A DNA stretch of 64,000 bases, taken from Candidatus Poribacteria bacterium (GTDB lineage Bacteria > Poribacteria > WGA-4E > WGA-3G). How positions within the stretch are numbered: position 1 is the stretch's first letter; each line of letters opens with the position of its first letter. Of the stretch, positions 19,026-28,974 are shown piece by piece. The DNA lies in the NCBI GenBank assembly GCA_965205025.1, contig CBDBFU010000014.1, positions 384,001 through 448,000 of the forward strand. The letters run 5' to 3'. The translations under genes were made by a program, and so were the position numbers. Under the pieces are notes generated by a model. It worked only from the letters and a program-made list of their open reading frames with translations, was not told the DNA's origin and searched no databases.

Positions 19026-19217
19026 CTAATGAATTAGACGTTTCAAACGCTTCTCATTGCTTGGATCAACAAGCGTTGCCTGTCTTAATCGGCGTTTCCG
19101 TTTTGAGGACTTAGAGATGAAAAGATGTCCCGCATAAGCGCGATTGCGACGGATTTTACCTTTCGCTGTATACTTAAACCGTTTTGCTGCGCCTTTATGC
19201 GTTTTAATTTTTGGCAT
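19026..19217 (-). CDS. rpmI: 50S ribosomal protein L35
   Basis: MPKIKTHKGAAKRF..H....KSSKRKRRLR. Confidence 0.97.
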   Translation of the reverse strand: MPKIKTHKGAAKRFKYTAKGKIRRNRAYAGHLFISKSSKRKRRLRQATLVDPSNEKRLKRLIH

Positions 19218-19409
19218 GACGATTTCCTTATGTTGACGACTTATCTAAACAATCAAGAATGAGTAGAAAATTCTGTGACAGAGATGTAGCAACTAAGATA
19301 CAAATTAAGGAGAGGCAAAAACTCATCCTCCAAATAGTGACACCTTTACATAAGCCGTCGTAAAGAAAGGTCACACTATCTAATTAATTTCTAACATTAT
19401 GGACAAAAA

Positions 19410-19970
19410 TTACGAGGATTTTGGCGTTAATAACATATACATAACGCGTGTTTCCATACGAGGTGGTTGTTCAACCTCAGCGAGTTCAGAAACATCTTTC
19501 TCCAATCGAGCAAGCATGTTTTTACCCAATTCTGTGTGTAACATTTCCCTACCTCGAAAACGAACAGTAGCTCTAACCTTCCACCCATTCTTCAAAAAGT
19601 CTTCTACATGTCGTTTTTTGAACTGGTAGTCATGTTCAGCTGTATCAGGTCGGAATTGTATCTCTTTGAGTACAATTTTTGTCTGCTTCTTTCGGGCTTC
19701 CCTTGCTCGTTTATTCTTCTCGTACTGATATTTTCCATAATCCATTATCTTACAAACGGGAGGTTTGGCATTTGGAGAAACTTCCACCAAATCTAATCCG
19801 ACTTCTTCAGCACGTTCCATCGCTTCGCTTGGGGTCATTACACCGACTTGCTTATTTTCATGATCAATTAGCAAAATCTCTTTAGCACGAATCTGATAAT
19901 TCGATCGAGTTTGCCTTTCCTGCGTTTTTTGATTACGTTTGCCTCTATAATGTATTTTCGACACCCCCAT
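19410..19970 (-). CDS. infC: Translation initiation factor IF-3 (true start may be ATA at 19955)
   Basis: GLDLVEVSPNAKPPVCKIMDYGKY, KEIQFRP, HDY..K, FRGRE. Lies in the infC-rpmI-rplT operon. Confidence 0.97.
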   Translation of the reverse strand: MGVSKIHYRGKRNQKTQERQTRSNYQIRAKEILLIDHENKQVGVMTPSEAMERAEEVGLDLVEVSPNAKPPVCKIMDYGKYQYEKNKRAREARKKQTKIVLKEIQFRPDTAEHDYQFKKRHVEDFLKNGWKVRATVRFRGREMLHTELGKNMLARLEKDVSELAEVEQPPRMETRVMYMLLTPKSS

Positions 19971-20178
19971 AAGTGGTTGGTTAAGAATCCCAGTTATATA
20001 GTATGAGAAATAGGGACCTATATTGAACTACACAACTGACTACATCTCGCATTTAAATTATTCACTGTATGACAATTCCAATGATAATTACATTAAGGTT
20101 ATTGTCACGTCAGTGACTATAATGCTACGTCAAAATGTGAATTAGCATATTATAATACAAAAACCTACTAAATGCAAA

Positions 20179-20535
20179 CTAAAAGTATCCTATCGTCCAT
20201 AGTGTGCGTAATATTATAACCCCTCCAGATAAACCGCCAAGAACTATGATAAAGCTCAGTGTGATAATGAGTGTGAACCTAAAGATTCGATCCGCTAATT
20301 CAGGTTGTTCTTTTATCCAAGCTCGTGCTAATGTAAATGATAAGACGATGGTAATTAGACTCAGCAGTGCTGTTGCTAATACCGATAAAAGAATCCCTTG
20401 AAAGTCTACCATCTCCATCGTTTCTGGTATAGAACCGTATTGTGAATATCGTTGAATTACAAACAGTAAAATGCCTAACAATAATACCAGAAATGCAATG
20501 AAAATTGTTAATGTTAATTTAAATGTCCGATTCAT
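20179..20535 (-). CDS. Hypothetical membrane protein (3 predicted TM helices)
   Basis: 118-aa ORF with three long hydrophobic segments. Confidence 0.65.
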   Translation of the reverse strand: MNRTFKLTLTIFIAFLVLLLGILLFVIQRYSQYGSIPETMEMVDFQGILLSVLATALLSLITIVLSFTLARAWIKEQPELADRIFRFTLIITLSFIIVLGGLSGGVIILRTLWTIGYF

Positions 20536-20975
20536 TATATATTACTGTTTCTCACTTCAGAAGATCCTTTAGTGAATTGTAACTGAATTTGTAACCAATA
20601 TCAACCTATATTGTTAATTTCGGGTGCGTAAAGTTAATGTGAATGGAGAAAAGTGTTAATATTTATTGTTCTGAGATGATTGTACTTTCACAGAAACCTT
20701 CACGGAGCAATTTTACGAATCTTCATATGGCATTCATACCGTTGATTCCTTGATTCCCGAGCCGAATTATCAGCATTGAAAGAAAATCTTAGCGACAATA
20801 GCCTTTCTAATCCCTGTAATCCGTGTAATCTGTACTTCAGACAACTCAAAACAACCAAAATATACTAATCTTACTAATTTGACCCCTATAGGACAAAAAC
20901 TATACGCACCCAGATATGCTGTAAAATTAATTCTGAAATTAACTATAAATGACAACTTATATAATCGAACTCAGG

Positions 20976-22289
20976 TTAACGCAATTCCTTGAATAGACTT
21001 CTCGGTGCTATTACAGTCAAAATCACACCCCTGAAAATTAAAAGAATTGTCAACGCCCCCCACAATCCATGATTTCCGTATGGTAACAACACATAGACAC
21101 TACATAAGAACAGAACCATGGCAACAATCATAGAATTACGTAAGGATTTTGATGCAGTCGCACCAAGATAAACACCATCCCAAATATATGCTGCAATATT
21201 AATCACTGGTGCAACAATTATCCAAATAAGATACGGTTTAGTTTGGAAAATCAGATCCTGTTGATCTGTAAAAAAGTATAATAATCTATTACCATATACG
21301 AGGAATATTAATGAAAATAAACCACTAAAGATAAAACCAAAAATGAAGATGTTTGTAATCGATTCCTTTATACCCCGTAAATTTCCTGCCCCCTTATACT
21401 TACCAATCATACTCTCTGCAGCAAAGGCAAAACCATCAATTGCATAAGACATTAAATTGATATATTGAAGCAATATTGTATTAATTGCCAAGTATGTATC
21501 ACTCAATGCCGCTGATTTCGCAGTGAAATACGCATTACTAAAGACAAGACATAGAGTACGGATGAATATATCGTTACTGATACTAACAAAACGTCTTAGT
21601 TTAAGATAAGCAAAAACCTTTCTAACATCCCATGTTCTCAATACAAATGGATATTTTCCAATGAATAGAATTGTTGCTAAAAAGAGTCCAATATACTGAG
21701 CAATAACTGTAGCTAAAGCAACACCTTCTACCTTCATTCCATAAAATTTGACAAAAAGAATATTCAGAATTATGTTTATAGCATTGACAGTAATTGTCAA
21801 CAACATTGGGTAATGTGCATTCTGTAGTCCTAAAAAGACTCCGTGGAAAACATGTAAGCAAAGCACAGCAGGTGCTGCATAAATACGTAGATGAAAATAT
21901 ATACGACCCAATTGTTCTACTTCAGAACTTGTAGACATTAAATGAAAGCAAATATCAATGATTAACCACTGGAAACATAATAGAAAAAGACCAATTACAA
22001 TACTTAATGATAATCCTCGTATTAGTAGAAACCCACACTCCTGATAATCTTCTTCACCATAGGATTGTGCTACGATACCGGTAGTTGCCATACGTAGAAA
22101 GCCAAATCCCCAATAGATAAAACTGAAGAGCACTCCACCAATACCGACTGCACCTAAGTAATGTTCTGTTTCTAAACGACCCATTAATGCTGTATCCACA
22201 GCACCTAAAAGAGGAACAGAGAAATTACTAAGAATATTTGGGATTGCAAGACGAAAAATCTGTCTGTTAATGTTCTGTGCTTCACTCAT
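20976..22289 (-). CDS. MATE family efflux transporter (DinF-like)
   Basis: LAIPNILSN..VPLLGAVDTA..G, WGFGFLRMATTG, DIFIRT, DGFAFAAE; many hydrophobic segments. Confidence 0.9.
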   Translation of the reverse strand: MSEAQNINRQIFRLAIPNILSNFSVPLLGAVDTALMGRLETEHYLGAVGIGGVLFSFIYWGFGFLRMATTGIVAQSYGEEDYQECGFLLIRGLSLSIVIGLFLLCFQWLIIDICFHLMSTSSEVEQLGRIYFHLRIYAAPAVLCLHVFHGVFLGLQNAHYPMLLTITVNAINIILNILFVKFYGMKVEGVALATVIAQYIGLFLATILFIGKYPFVLRTWDVRKVFAYLKLRRFVSISNDIFIRTLCLVFSNAYFTAKSAALSDTYLAINTILLQYINLMSYAIDGFAFAAESMIGKYKGAGNLRGIKESITNIFIFGFIFSGLFSLIFLVYGNRLLYFFTDQQDLIFQTKPYLIWIIVAPVINIAAYIWDGVYLGATASKSLRNSMIVAMVLFLCSVYVLLPYGNHGLWGALTILLIFRGVILTVIAPRSLFKELR

Positions 22290-22714
22290 AATTACCTATT
22301 ATATTACAATACCTTCACTAAAATGGACGATCCTTCATACCGTTGATTCGATATTCCAGCATTGAAAAAATCTAACAGACAATATACTTCTTCTCCGCGG
22401 AATCTGCATAATCTGTGATTCAGACATCCTTCCCCTATATTTCCACTTCAGAAAGTCTGGTTACTAATTGATTATACCAAAAAAAATAATGAATAAGTTC
22501 CGAACACTACGCATCTAACAATTGTAATTCCCATTGTACTGATTGGGGACAGAAATATTTTCTATATATAAATGAGAACTCTGATTCGAAAGAATATCCA
22601 TTATGGTCGCAATATCAAGATCTGTACAACGAAGGATTTCATACCAAAAATACACTATTCAGCACTTATATTTTCTTTGTAATTTCGCAGAGAATTTAGT
22701 ATACTATTATCCTA

Positions 22715-23587
22715 ATGAAAGATTGGTGTTATTTATTTGCAGCCAAACTAACTGGTCATTGTGTATCTCTACTTCCCCGAAAGATTTCATTAAAAATTGG
22801 TAATCTTTTAGGTAGTATAGTTTTCAAATTCTCTTCACATCAAAGAAAAATAGCCTATGAAAATATAAGACATAGTTTAAACCTTGATGATGAAAAACTG
22901 GTTAAATTATACATAAAAAGGTGCTATCAAAATTTAGGTAAAACTGCTGTGGAATTCATGCGGTTTCCTAAGACAAGTCAGAAATCAATTCAAGAGTTTG
23001 TTCAGTTTGATGGTATACACCATGTAGAAAACGCATTATCAATCGGTAATGGTGCAATAATTCTAACAGGACATTTCGGGAATTGGGAATTGTTAGCCGC
23101 ATCTATCAGTACAAACATAGCTCCCTTAACACCAATTGTCCGAGAATTACGGTCACCAAGGTTGAACGAATTAGTAACAAAATATAGGAAGAAAGCAGGT
23201 TACTCCACTATTGACAGGAATACAGGGGTTAGAGACGCATTAAGGTGTCTTAGAAGTAACAATCTACTCGGAATCGTAGCTGATGTTGATACAACAGTAA
23301 ATGGTGTTTTCGTTGACTTTTTTGGTAGACCTGCATACACCCCCTATAGTCCGATTGCATTTGCATTAAAGACAGGTGCAGCTATTTTACCATCATTTAT
23401 TATACGACAACCTGATGGTTCACATCAGGCAATTATTGAACCACCGATGGAATTAAGACTGACAGATCAGAAAGAACAAGATATAATTGAGAATACTCAG
23501 AAATTCACTAAAATTATTGAGACTTATATACGAAAATATCCTGAGCAATGGATTTGGATGCATGAACGTTGGAAAACACAGTCATAG
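22715..23587 (+). CDS. Lipid A late acyltransferase (LpxL/HtrB family)
   Basis: ILTGHFGNWE, FVDFFGRPA, YPEQWIWMHERWK. Confidence 0.9.
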   Translation: MKDWCYLFAAKLTGHCVSLLPRKISLKIGNLLGSIVFKFSSHQRKIAYENIRHSLNLDDEKLVKLYIKRCYQNLGKTAVEFMRFPKTSQKSIQEFVQFDGIHHVENALSIGNGAIILTGHFGNWELLAASISTNIAPLTPIVRELRSPRLNELVTKYRKKAGYSTIDRNTGVRDALRCLRSNNLLGIVADVDTTVNGVFVDFFGRPAYTPYSPIAFALKTGAAILPSFIIRQPDGSHQAIIEPPMELRLTDQKEQDIIENTQKFTKIIETYIRKYPEQWIWMHERWKTQS

Positions 23588-24158
23588 GAATGTAAACACA
23601 CCTTACCAACAGACGTTTTTGATTAAAATATTGGTAATTGTTCTTCTGAGTTCAATTTCAGTTATTGGATGTAATCGAGAAGATGAAGTAACTATAACAG
23701 ACGATACGGCACCAATTCAACAATTTGAGACTTTTACCACTCAACATAAAGAGGCTGGTGTTTTAAAATGGGAATTGGTTGGGAAGTCATCAGAATTCCA
23801 TGGTACTTTAGTTACGGTAGTGTCACCAGAAGTTGAGATTTATGAAGATGGGAAGATATCTATTACATTGACCAGTCAAATTGGACATTACTATACCGAA
23901 GGGAAAAATAAAGATAATTTATATCTGGTGGGTGATGTAGTTGGTATAAACGAGAATGGTAAGTTATTTACAGAAAAACTACAATGGAGAAATAGGGACG
24001 GTACATTATATTCACCAACTGAAGTAAAAATAGTACGCGGCGATTCAACATGGTATGGAAATAAAATGGTAGGTAATCCAAATCTCGAAACTATCACAAT
24101 GTCTAATAACAGATTTGAACTCTATCCAAAAGACGAGGATATAAATGAAAAGCAGTAA
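23487..24158 (+). CDS. lptC: LPS export protein LptC (real start probably downstream of 23587)
   Basis: N-terminal hydrophobic segment followed by a beta-jellyroll-like region (LYLVGDV..KLFTEKLQW..). Lies between lpxL and lptA-lptB. Confidence 0.75.
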   Translation: MRILRNSLKLLRLIYENILSNGFGCMNVGKHSHRNVNTPYQQTFLIKILVIVLLSSISVIGCNREDEVTITDDTAPIQQFETFTTQHKEAGVLKWELVGKSSEFHGTLVTVVSPEVEIYEDGKISITLTSQIGHYYTEGKNKDNLYLVGDVVGINENGKLFTEKLQWRNRDGTLYSPTEVKIVRGDSTWYGNKMVGNPNLETITMSNNRFELYPKDEDINEKQ

Positions 24159-25029
24159 TTCTACGGCATTATTAAATTTAAAAACAATTTCAAACATAAT
24201 CAACTTTGTATGTTTAAAGATTGCTATTATTCTGGCATTAATCTGTATATTGTCTATTTCTGTTGAAGCTGAGGATTCACCTGTTCCTGATAAGAATGAG
24301 GAAGAAACTGTAAAACCTACTTCCAATGAAAATGATACCCAGTTGGAATCTACTAAAGAGGTAATTACTGGTACATCTGATAGGATGGAAAGAGATCAGA
24401 AAAATGGGATTACAATCCTCATCGGTAATGCCAAGACTGTTCGAAAGAATGAAGAGGACGTCGAAATAGGATTCTTAAATGCAGATAAAATCACACTAAA
24501 AAGTGATCCTGAATCTGGTGAGACTATTGAAATCATCGCTGAAGGAAATGTGGAGATACGGGATCAGGATATGTTTGCTACCTGTGAACATGCTACGATG
24601 AATAATCTTAAAAATATCATTATTCTAAAAGATAAGGTAATCGTTACACAGAATAAAGACAAACTTGAAACAAAATTATTTACTTATAATCGTACTACCG
24701 GTAAGCAAACCGGTGTAGGTGATGTAAAATTTAAAGTCTCAATTACACAAGCCAGTCCAATACAAGAGGAAAACTTAGAAGAACAGAATGATAATTCAGA
24801 TGATGAATCAACTTCAAATGATTCTCAATCTGATAAACCTGATGAAAATCAGAAGAATTCTAAAGACATTCCTGATGAATCTGAAAAACAGGATACATCT
24901 ACTGAAAGTAATACCGAAGCAGATAATAATGATAATACTGAAGAAGATGAATCTGATGAAGAAGAGAAAACGGATGAAGAAGAGAAAACGGATGAAGAGT
25001 CAATTAGCGATGAAACCTCAGAGGATTAA
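24145..25029 (+). CDS. lptA: LptA/OstA family protein with long acidic tail
   Basis: Signal peptide, ADKI..IIAEGNVEI..ATCEHA OstA-like pattern, D/E-rich C-terminus; upstream of lptB. Confidence 0.7.
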   Translation: MKSSNSTALLNLKTISNIINFVCLKIAIILALICILSISVEAEDSPVPDKNEEETVKPTSNENDTQLESTKEVITGTSDRMERDQKNGITILIGNAKTVRKNEEDVEIGFLNADKITLKSDPESGETIEIIAEGNVEIRDQDMFATCEHATMNNLKNIIILKDKVIVTQNKDKLETKLFTYNRTTGKQTGVGDVKFKVSITQASPIQEENLEEQNDNSDDESTSNDSQSDKPDENQKNSKDIPDESEKQDTSTESNTEADNNDNTEEDESDEEEKTDEEEKTDEESISDETSED

Positions 25030-25064
25030 GTTGCTTAATAAATCGTAATAGTTATGTTACAATA

Positions 25065-25209
25065 ACCCAAGTTGCTACTAACGGATTTTGATCGTTTCAA
25101 CACAGTTTTTCATACACTATCCTCACCCCCAGAGGGGTGATATGTCTATAGAAAAGGTATATCAACATTCTGCACTCCAGCGGAGTACTATAATAATGGC
25201 AACTTGGGT
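25065..25209. mobile_element. 145-bp MITE with IS982-like ends
   Basis: ACCCAAGTTGC ... GCAACTTGGGT with a flanking TACAATA direct repeat (25058-25064 and 25210-25216). Contains two REP-like hairpins. Confidence 0.7.
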
Positions 25210-25367
25210 TACAATATAAATTCACTTAAACATTCAATTATTTCTTATGTGAGAGTCTTCTATTTGATGATAATAACTTTATTAAGTACTTAAAAACCAG
25301 ATTTCTTTATCAAACTTAAATTTAGACAGAATATGAATATCAGGTATATGGAGTAACAAATTACAAC

Positions 25368-26114
25368 GTGGGAACAGAATTACAAGCACATAACCTTATT
25401 AAAAAATATACACGACGAGGTCCTATCGTAGTAAATGAAGTGAGTCTTTCAGTTCAACAAGGAGAAATTGTCGGTTTATTAGGTCCAAATGGTGCTGGAA
25501 AATCAACTACATTCTATATGGTTGTTGGATTAATTAAACCCAATTCTGGAAATATTACTTATGGTGAAAGAGATATTACATTTCTACCAATGTACAAAAG
25601 AGCACGATTGGGGATAGGATACCTTTCACAAGAGACATCAATCTTTCGAAAATTGACTGTCCGACAGAACATAGAATCCATCTTAGAAGCACGTGGTATG
25701 CCGAAGAATGAACGTGAAAAAAGAATATACGAATTTACTGATGAGTTAGGTATTTCAAACTTATTAAATCGTAAAGCATATACTCTTTCTGGTGGGGAAT
25801 GTCGTAGAGCAGAAATAGCGCGCGCTCTCGCAGCACAACCTGACTTTATTCTGCTTGATGAACCACTTTCAGGGATTGATCCAATTGCAGTTGCTGACAT
25901 AAAACAGCTCATTTTGCATTTAAGAAATAAAAATTTGGGGATACTTATAACCGATCATAATGCTGTTGAAACTCTCAATATCGTCGATCGCGCTTATCTA
26001 ATAGCTGATGGAAAAATTACATTATCAGGTACGCCAGAAGAACTTCTAAATAGCGAAGTTGCCAGAGAACTTTATTTCGGTCAAAACTTTCATTATGCTA
26101 AAGGGGAGAACTAA
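25368..26114 (+). CDS. lptB: LPS export ABC transporter ATP-binding protein
   Basis: GLLGPNGAGKSTTFYM, LPMYKRARLGIGYL.QE.SIFRKLTV, LSGGE, LITDHN. Confidence 0.95.
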   Translation: MGTELQAHNLIKKYTRRGPIVVNEVSLSVQQGEIVGLLGPNGAGKSTTFYMVVGLIKPNSGNITYGERDITFLPMYKRARLGIGYLSQETSIFRKLTVRQNIESILEARGMPKNEREKRIYEFTDELGISNLLNRKAYTLSGGECRRAEIARALAAQPDFILLDEPLSGIDPIAVADIKQLILHLRNKNLGILITDHNAVETLNIVDRAYLIADGKITLSGTPEELLNSEVARELYFGQNFHYAKGEN

Positions 26115-26218
26115 ATTAACTCCAATTTAGCCGTAGTAATCGCTTAAGAATCTCTTTCTCATGGCGTTAGTATAATTCAACCTCTTTGTTTTAACACCTG
26201 AATATGAAGTGATTCATA

Positions 26219-28018
26219 ATGAAAATACAACCGAAACTTACTCAGACTCCCCAGCTAACAAATAAAATCGTCATGACACCAAAGTTGCAACAAGCAATTA
26301 AGGTGCTTATGATGCCTCAGCTTGAGTTACAACAATTTATAGAGCAGGAATTGGAACAGAATCCTCTACTGGATATTGCTGATGACGATGATACATTCCT
26401 TTCTCAGCAAGAATTCGATCCCGCTTCTGAGTGGAATAAGCCTGAAAAAGACATAAATAGAGTGGATACTGATGTAGACATTGATTGGAATACTGTTTTT
26501 GATGATACAACTGAGATTAAACAAGACAATTTATATGAACATAGTGATTCAGATACACCTGAACCAGATATTGCTGATTCAATTACACTACATGATCACC
26601 TTTACCAACAACTGCAACTGGGTCCATTCAATGACACTGAAAGGAATATTGGAGAACTAATAATAGGTAATCTAAATGATGATGGCAAACTCCAATTGAA
26701 ACTGTTTACACTTCCCTATGAGTATAAGAATGACTTGCTTGAAGAAAATATCTCCGATGAACTAAAAAATATAATTTATAATAACCTGTCTTCAACAGTA
26801 TATAAGAATAGATCTACTTCTAAAGACTCAAAAGAAATAAAATATCATATTGAAACAATTGAAAGTAGATCTAATTCTACAGATAATGATAATTTAGAAC
26901 CGAATACATGGAAAATTAAGGATGTAGTAAATAATCTGATTTATACTATTAAGCAGGAAGGTATTGAATTAAATTTCTATCAACTAACTTTAGAAGATAT
27001 TGCAATGGATGCCAAGTGTCTACTTTCTGATGTCGAATCGGTATTAAGTAGAATTCAGGAGACATTTGATCCTGTGGGGATTGCCTACAGAGATTTAAAA
27101 GAAACATTGATGATTCAAATTACCCAACTGGAAATTCAACATCATAAATTCAATGGGGGGATACCTATTGATACAAAGTATCCATTTCAATTGGCGAAGA
27201 TTATTATTGAAGATCATTTAGATGAATTACTTATGGGAAGAATAATGAAAATTGCACAGGAATTGGATGTTGATAAATCAGAAATTCAGATGGCATCCGA
27301 ATTCATCAGTACTTTATCACCCTATCCAGGAAGATATTTTACTGATCCATCAGTAAAGGATTTAGTTAGATCTCCTGAAACAGTACAAGGAATAACACCA
27401 GACGTAAGAATCGTAGAATTTGAAGATCATTATTATGTACTACCGATGGATAATTATATTCCTCGACTGCGGATAAATCCACACTACTTAGATCTAATGC
27501 GTAATGAAAATAATACTTTAGATGAAGAAACAAAAACTTGGATACTAAAAAAATACAATGATGCATCGGATTTGTTAAGTAGTATTACACAACGAGGACG
27601 AACCCTTGAAAGAGTTACAGAGGCTATCTTTGATGTTCAATCAGATTTTTTTACCAATGGACCAAATAGCATTAAACCTCTAACACTTAAAACTGTTGCC
27701 GAAATGGCAGGAGTTCACGAATCAACTGTTAGTAGAGTGACAAGTAACAAATACGTGCAGACACCCATTGGCACTTTTCCTTTGAAATTCTTTTTCAGTA
27801 ATCAATTAGCAACAACACAAGGAAAATCAGTTTCCGCTAAACAAGTAAAGGCTGAAATTAGACAGATGATTAACAAGGAGAATACAGCAAAACCACTTAG
27901 TGATCAGCGTATTAGCGCAGCATTAAAGGAAAAAGGGATCGTTGTCGCAAGACGGACAGTTCAGAAATACCGTGAAGAATTGGGAATTCTGTCTTCACGC
28001 CAAAGAAAAAGGACTTAA
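26219..28018 (+). CDS. rpoN: RNA polymerase sigma-54 factor, with an insertion of about 95 aa
   Basis: MTPKLQQAIK.L, HESTVSRVTSNKY.QTP.G, PLSDQ and RpoN box ARRTVQKYRE. Confidence 0.96.
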   Translation: MKIQPKLTQTPQLTNKIVMTPKLQQAIKVLMMPQLELQQFIEQELEQNPLLDIADDDDTFLSQQEFDPASEWNKPEKDINRVDTDVDIDWNTVFDDTTEIKQDNLYEHSDSDTPEPDIADSITLHDHLYQQLQLGPFNDTERNIGELIIGNLNDDGKLQLKLFTLPYEYKNDLLEENISDELKNIIYNNLSSTVYKNRSTSKDSKEIKYHIETIESRSNSTDNDNLEPNTWKIKDVVNNLIYTIKQEGIELNFYQLTLEDIAMDAKCLLSDVESVLSRIQETFDPVGIAYRDLKETLMIQITQLEIQHHKFNGGIPIDTKYPFQLAKIIIEDHLDELLMGRIMKIAQELDVDKSEIQMASEFISTLSPYPGRYFTDPSVKDLVRSPETVQGITPDVRIVEFEDHYYVLPMDNYIPRLRINPHYLDLMRNENNTLDEETKTWILKKYNDASDLLSSITQRGRTLERVTEAIFDVQSDFFTNGPNSIKPLTLKTVAEMAGVHESTVSRVTSNKYVQTPIGTFPLKFFFSNQLATTQGKSVSAKQVKAEIRQMINKENTAKPLSDQRISAALKEKGIVVARRTVQKYREELGILSSRQRKRT

Positions 28019-28217
28019 TGGCTATATATAAAAATAAACATAAACTTTACGTGAGAAAAACTCAACTGTTTTATTCACTAATTTTGCTTTCACAGTCAAG
28101 GTCGGGGCGGTTTCTAACCACACCGGAGGTTCTACATAGTCAGTGTTTATAGATAGCTACTTGAGTTATTATTTAGTGTGAACTATACTCAAATAACTAA
28201 CATATTAGGAGACATAC

Positions 28218-28775
28218 ATGAAAATTACATATACAGGACATCAACTGAAGATCACTGACGATATACACAATTACATTATTAATCGAGCAGAAAAAATAGA
28301 ATCACGCTTCAGTGAAATGCAGGAGTTTAATGTCATTCTCAAATCTGAAAAGCATCGTTTTGAGGCAGAAACTATTGTAACTGCACCACGTGTATCGTTT
28401 TATGCCAAGAATACTACACATGACCTTAGAACTGCATTTGATGGTGCCGTTGAGAAAGTTATCAGTCAAATAAGAAAAAACAAGGAACGAGTAAAAGACA
28501 GACGACATAATGCACCACATCGTGAGGTAGTGGCACAATTAAATCCGGAATCAGATGATACCCATTCTGATATAGACACTGGAGATGAACCTACTGTTGT
28601 TCCTGCATCTGAAAAATTCGCTGCAAAACCACTTACTGTTAATGAAGCAGTGGCTGAATTGCATACTTCTGGAGATTCATTACTTATGTTCCTTAACTCT
28701 GATACTCGTCAGGTTAACCTACTTTATCAATCTGATGATGGAGCATATGGTTGGGTTGAACCATCTTTTACCTAA
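28218..28775 (+). CDS. hpf: Ribosome hibernation promoting factor (long HPF/RaiA)
   Basis: MKITYTGHQLKITD..DLRTAFDGAVEKV..QIRK.K, C-terminal KPLTVNEAV..L..F.N..VNLLY..DG.YG; follows rpoN. Confidence 0.9.
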   Translation: MKITYTGHQLKITDDIHNYIINRAEKIESRFSEMQEFNVILKSEKHRFEAETIVTAPRVSFYAKNTTHDLRTAFDGAVEKVISQIRKNKERVKDRRHNAPHREVVAQLNPESDDTHSDIDTGDEPTVVPASEKFAAKPLTVNEAVAELHTSGDSLLMFLNSDTRQVNLLYQSDDGAYGWVEPSFT

Positions 28776-28974
28776 GACCACAAGAATTCCATCAGTTAAG
28801 TTTATCTCATAAATAGTCTAAAGGATGGCAAGATTTTATTAATAATCAGAAAATTGTAATATTGATTGGTGGTTTTGTCTTTAGATACATTGAGAATCCT
28901 ACTATTTGTGGGATAAACATTACTCTCATTAAACATTACACTCTATAACAGTATTGGTGATTTCAGGAATTAAT

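Noticed and set aside
26696-26983. Intein in RpoN
   Set aside because: No Cys/Ser start with His-Asn end and no LAGLIDADG motifs.
28776-28974. T-box upstream of valS
   Set aside because: No GGTGG.ACC.CG motif seen.
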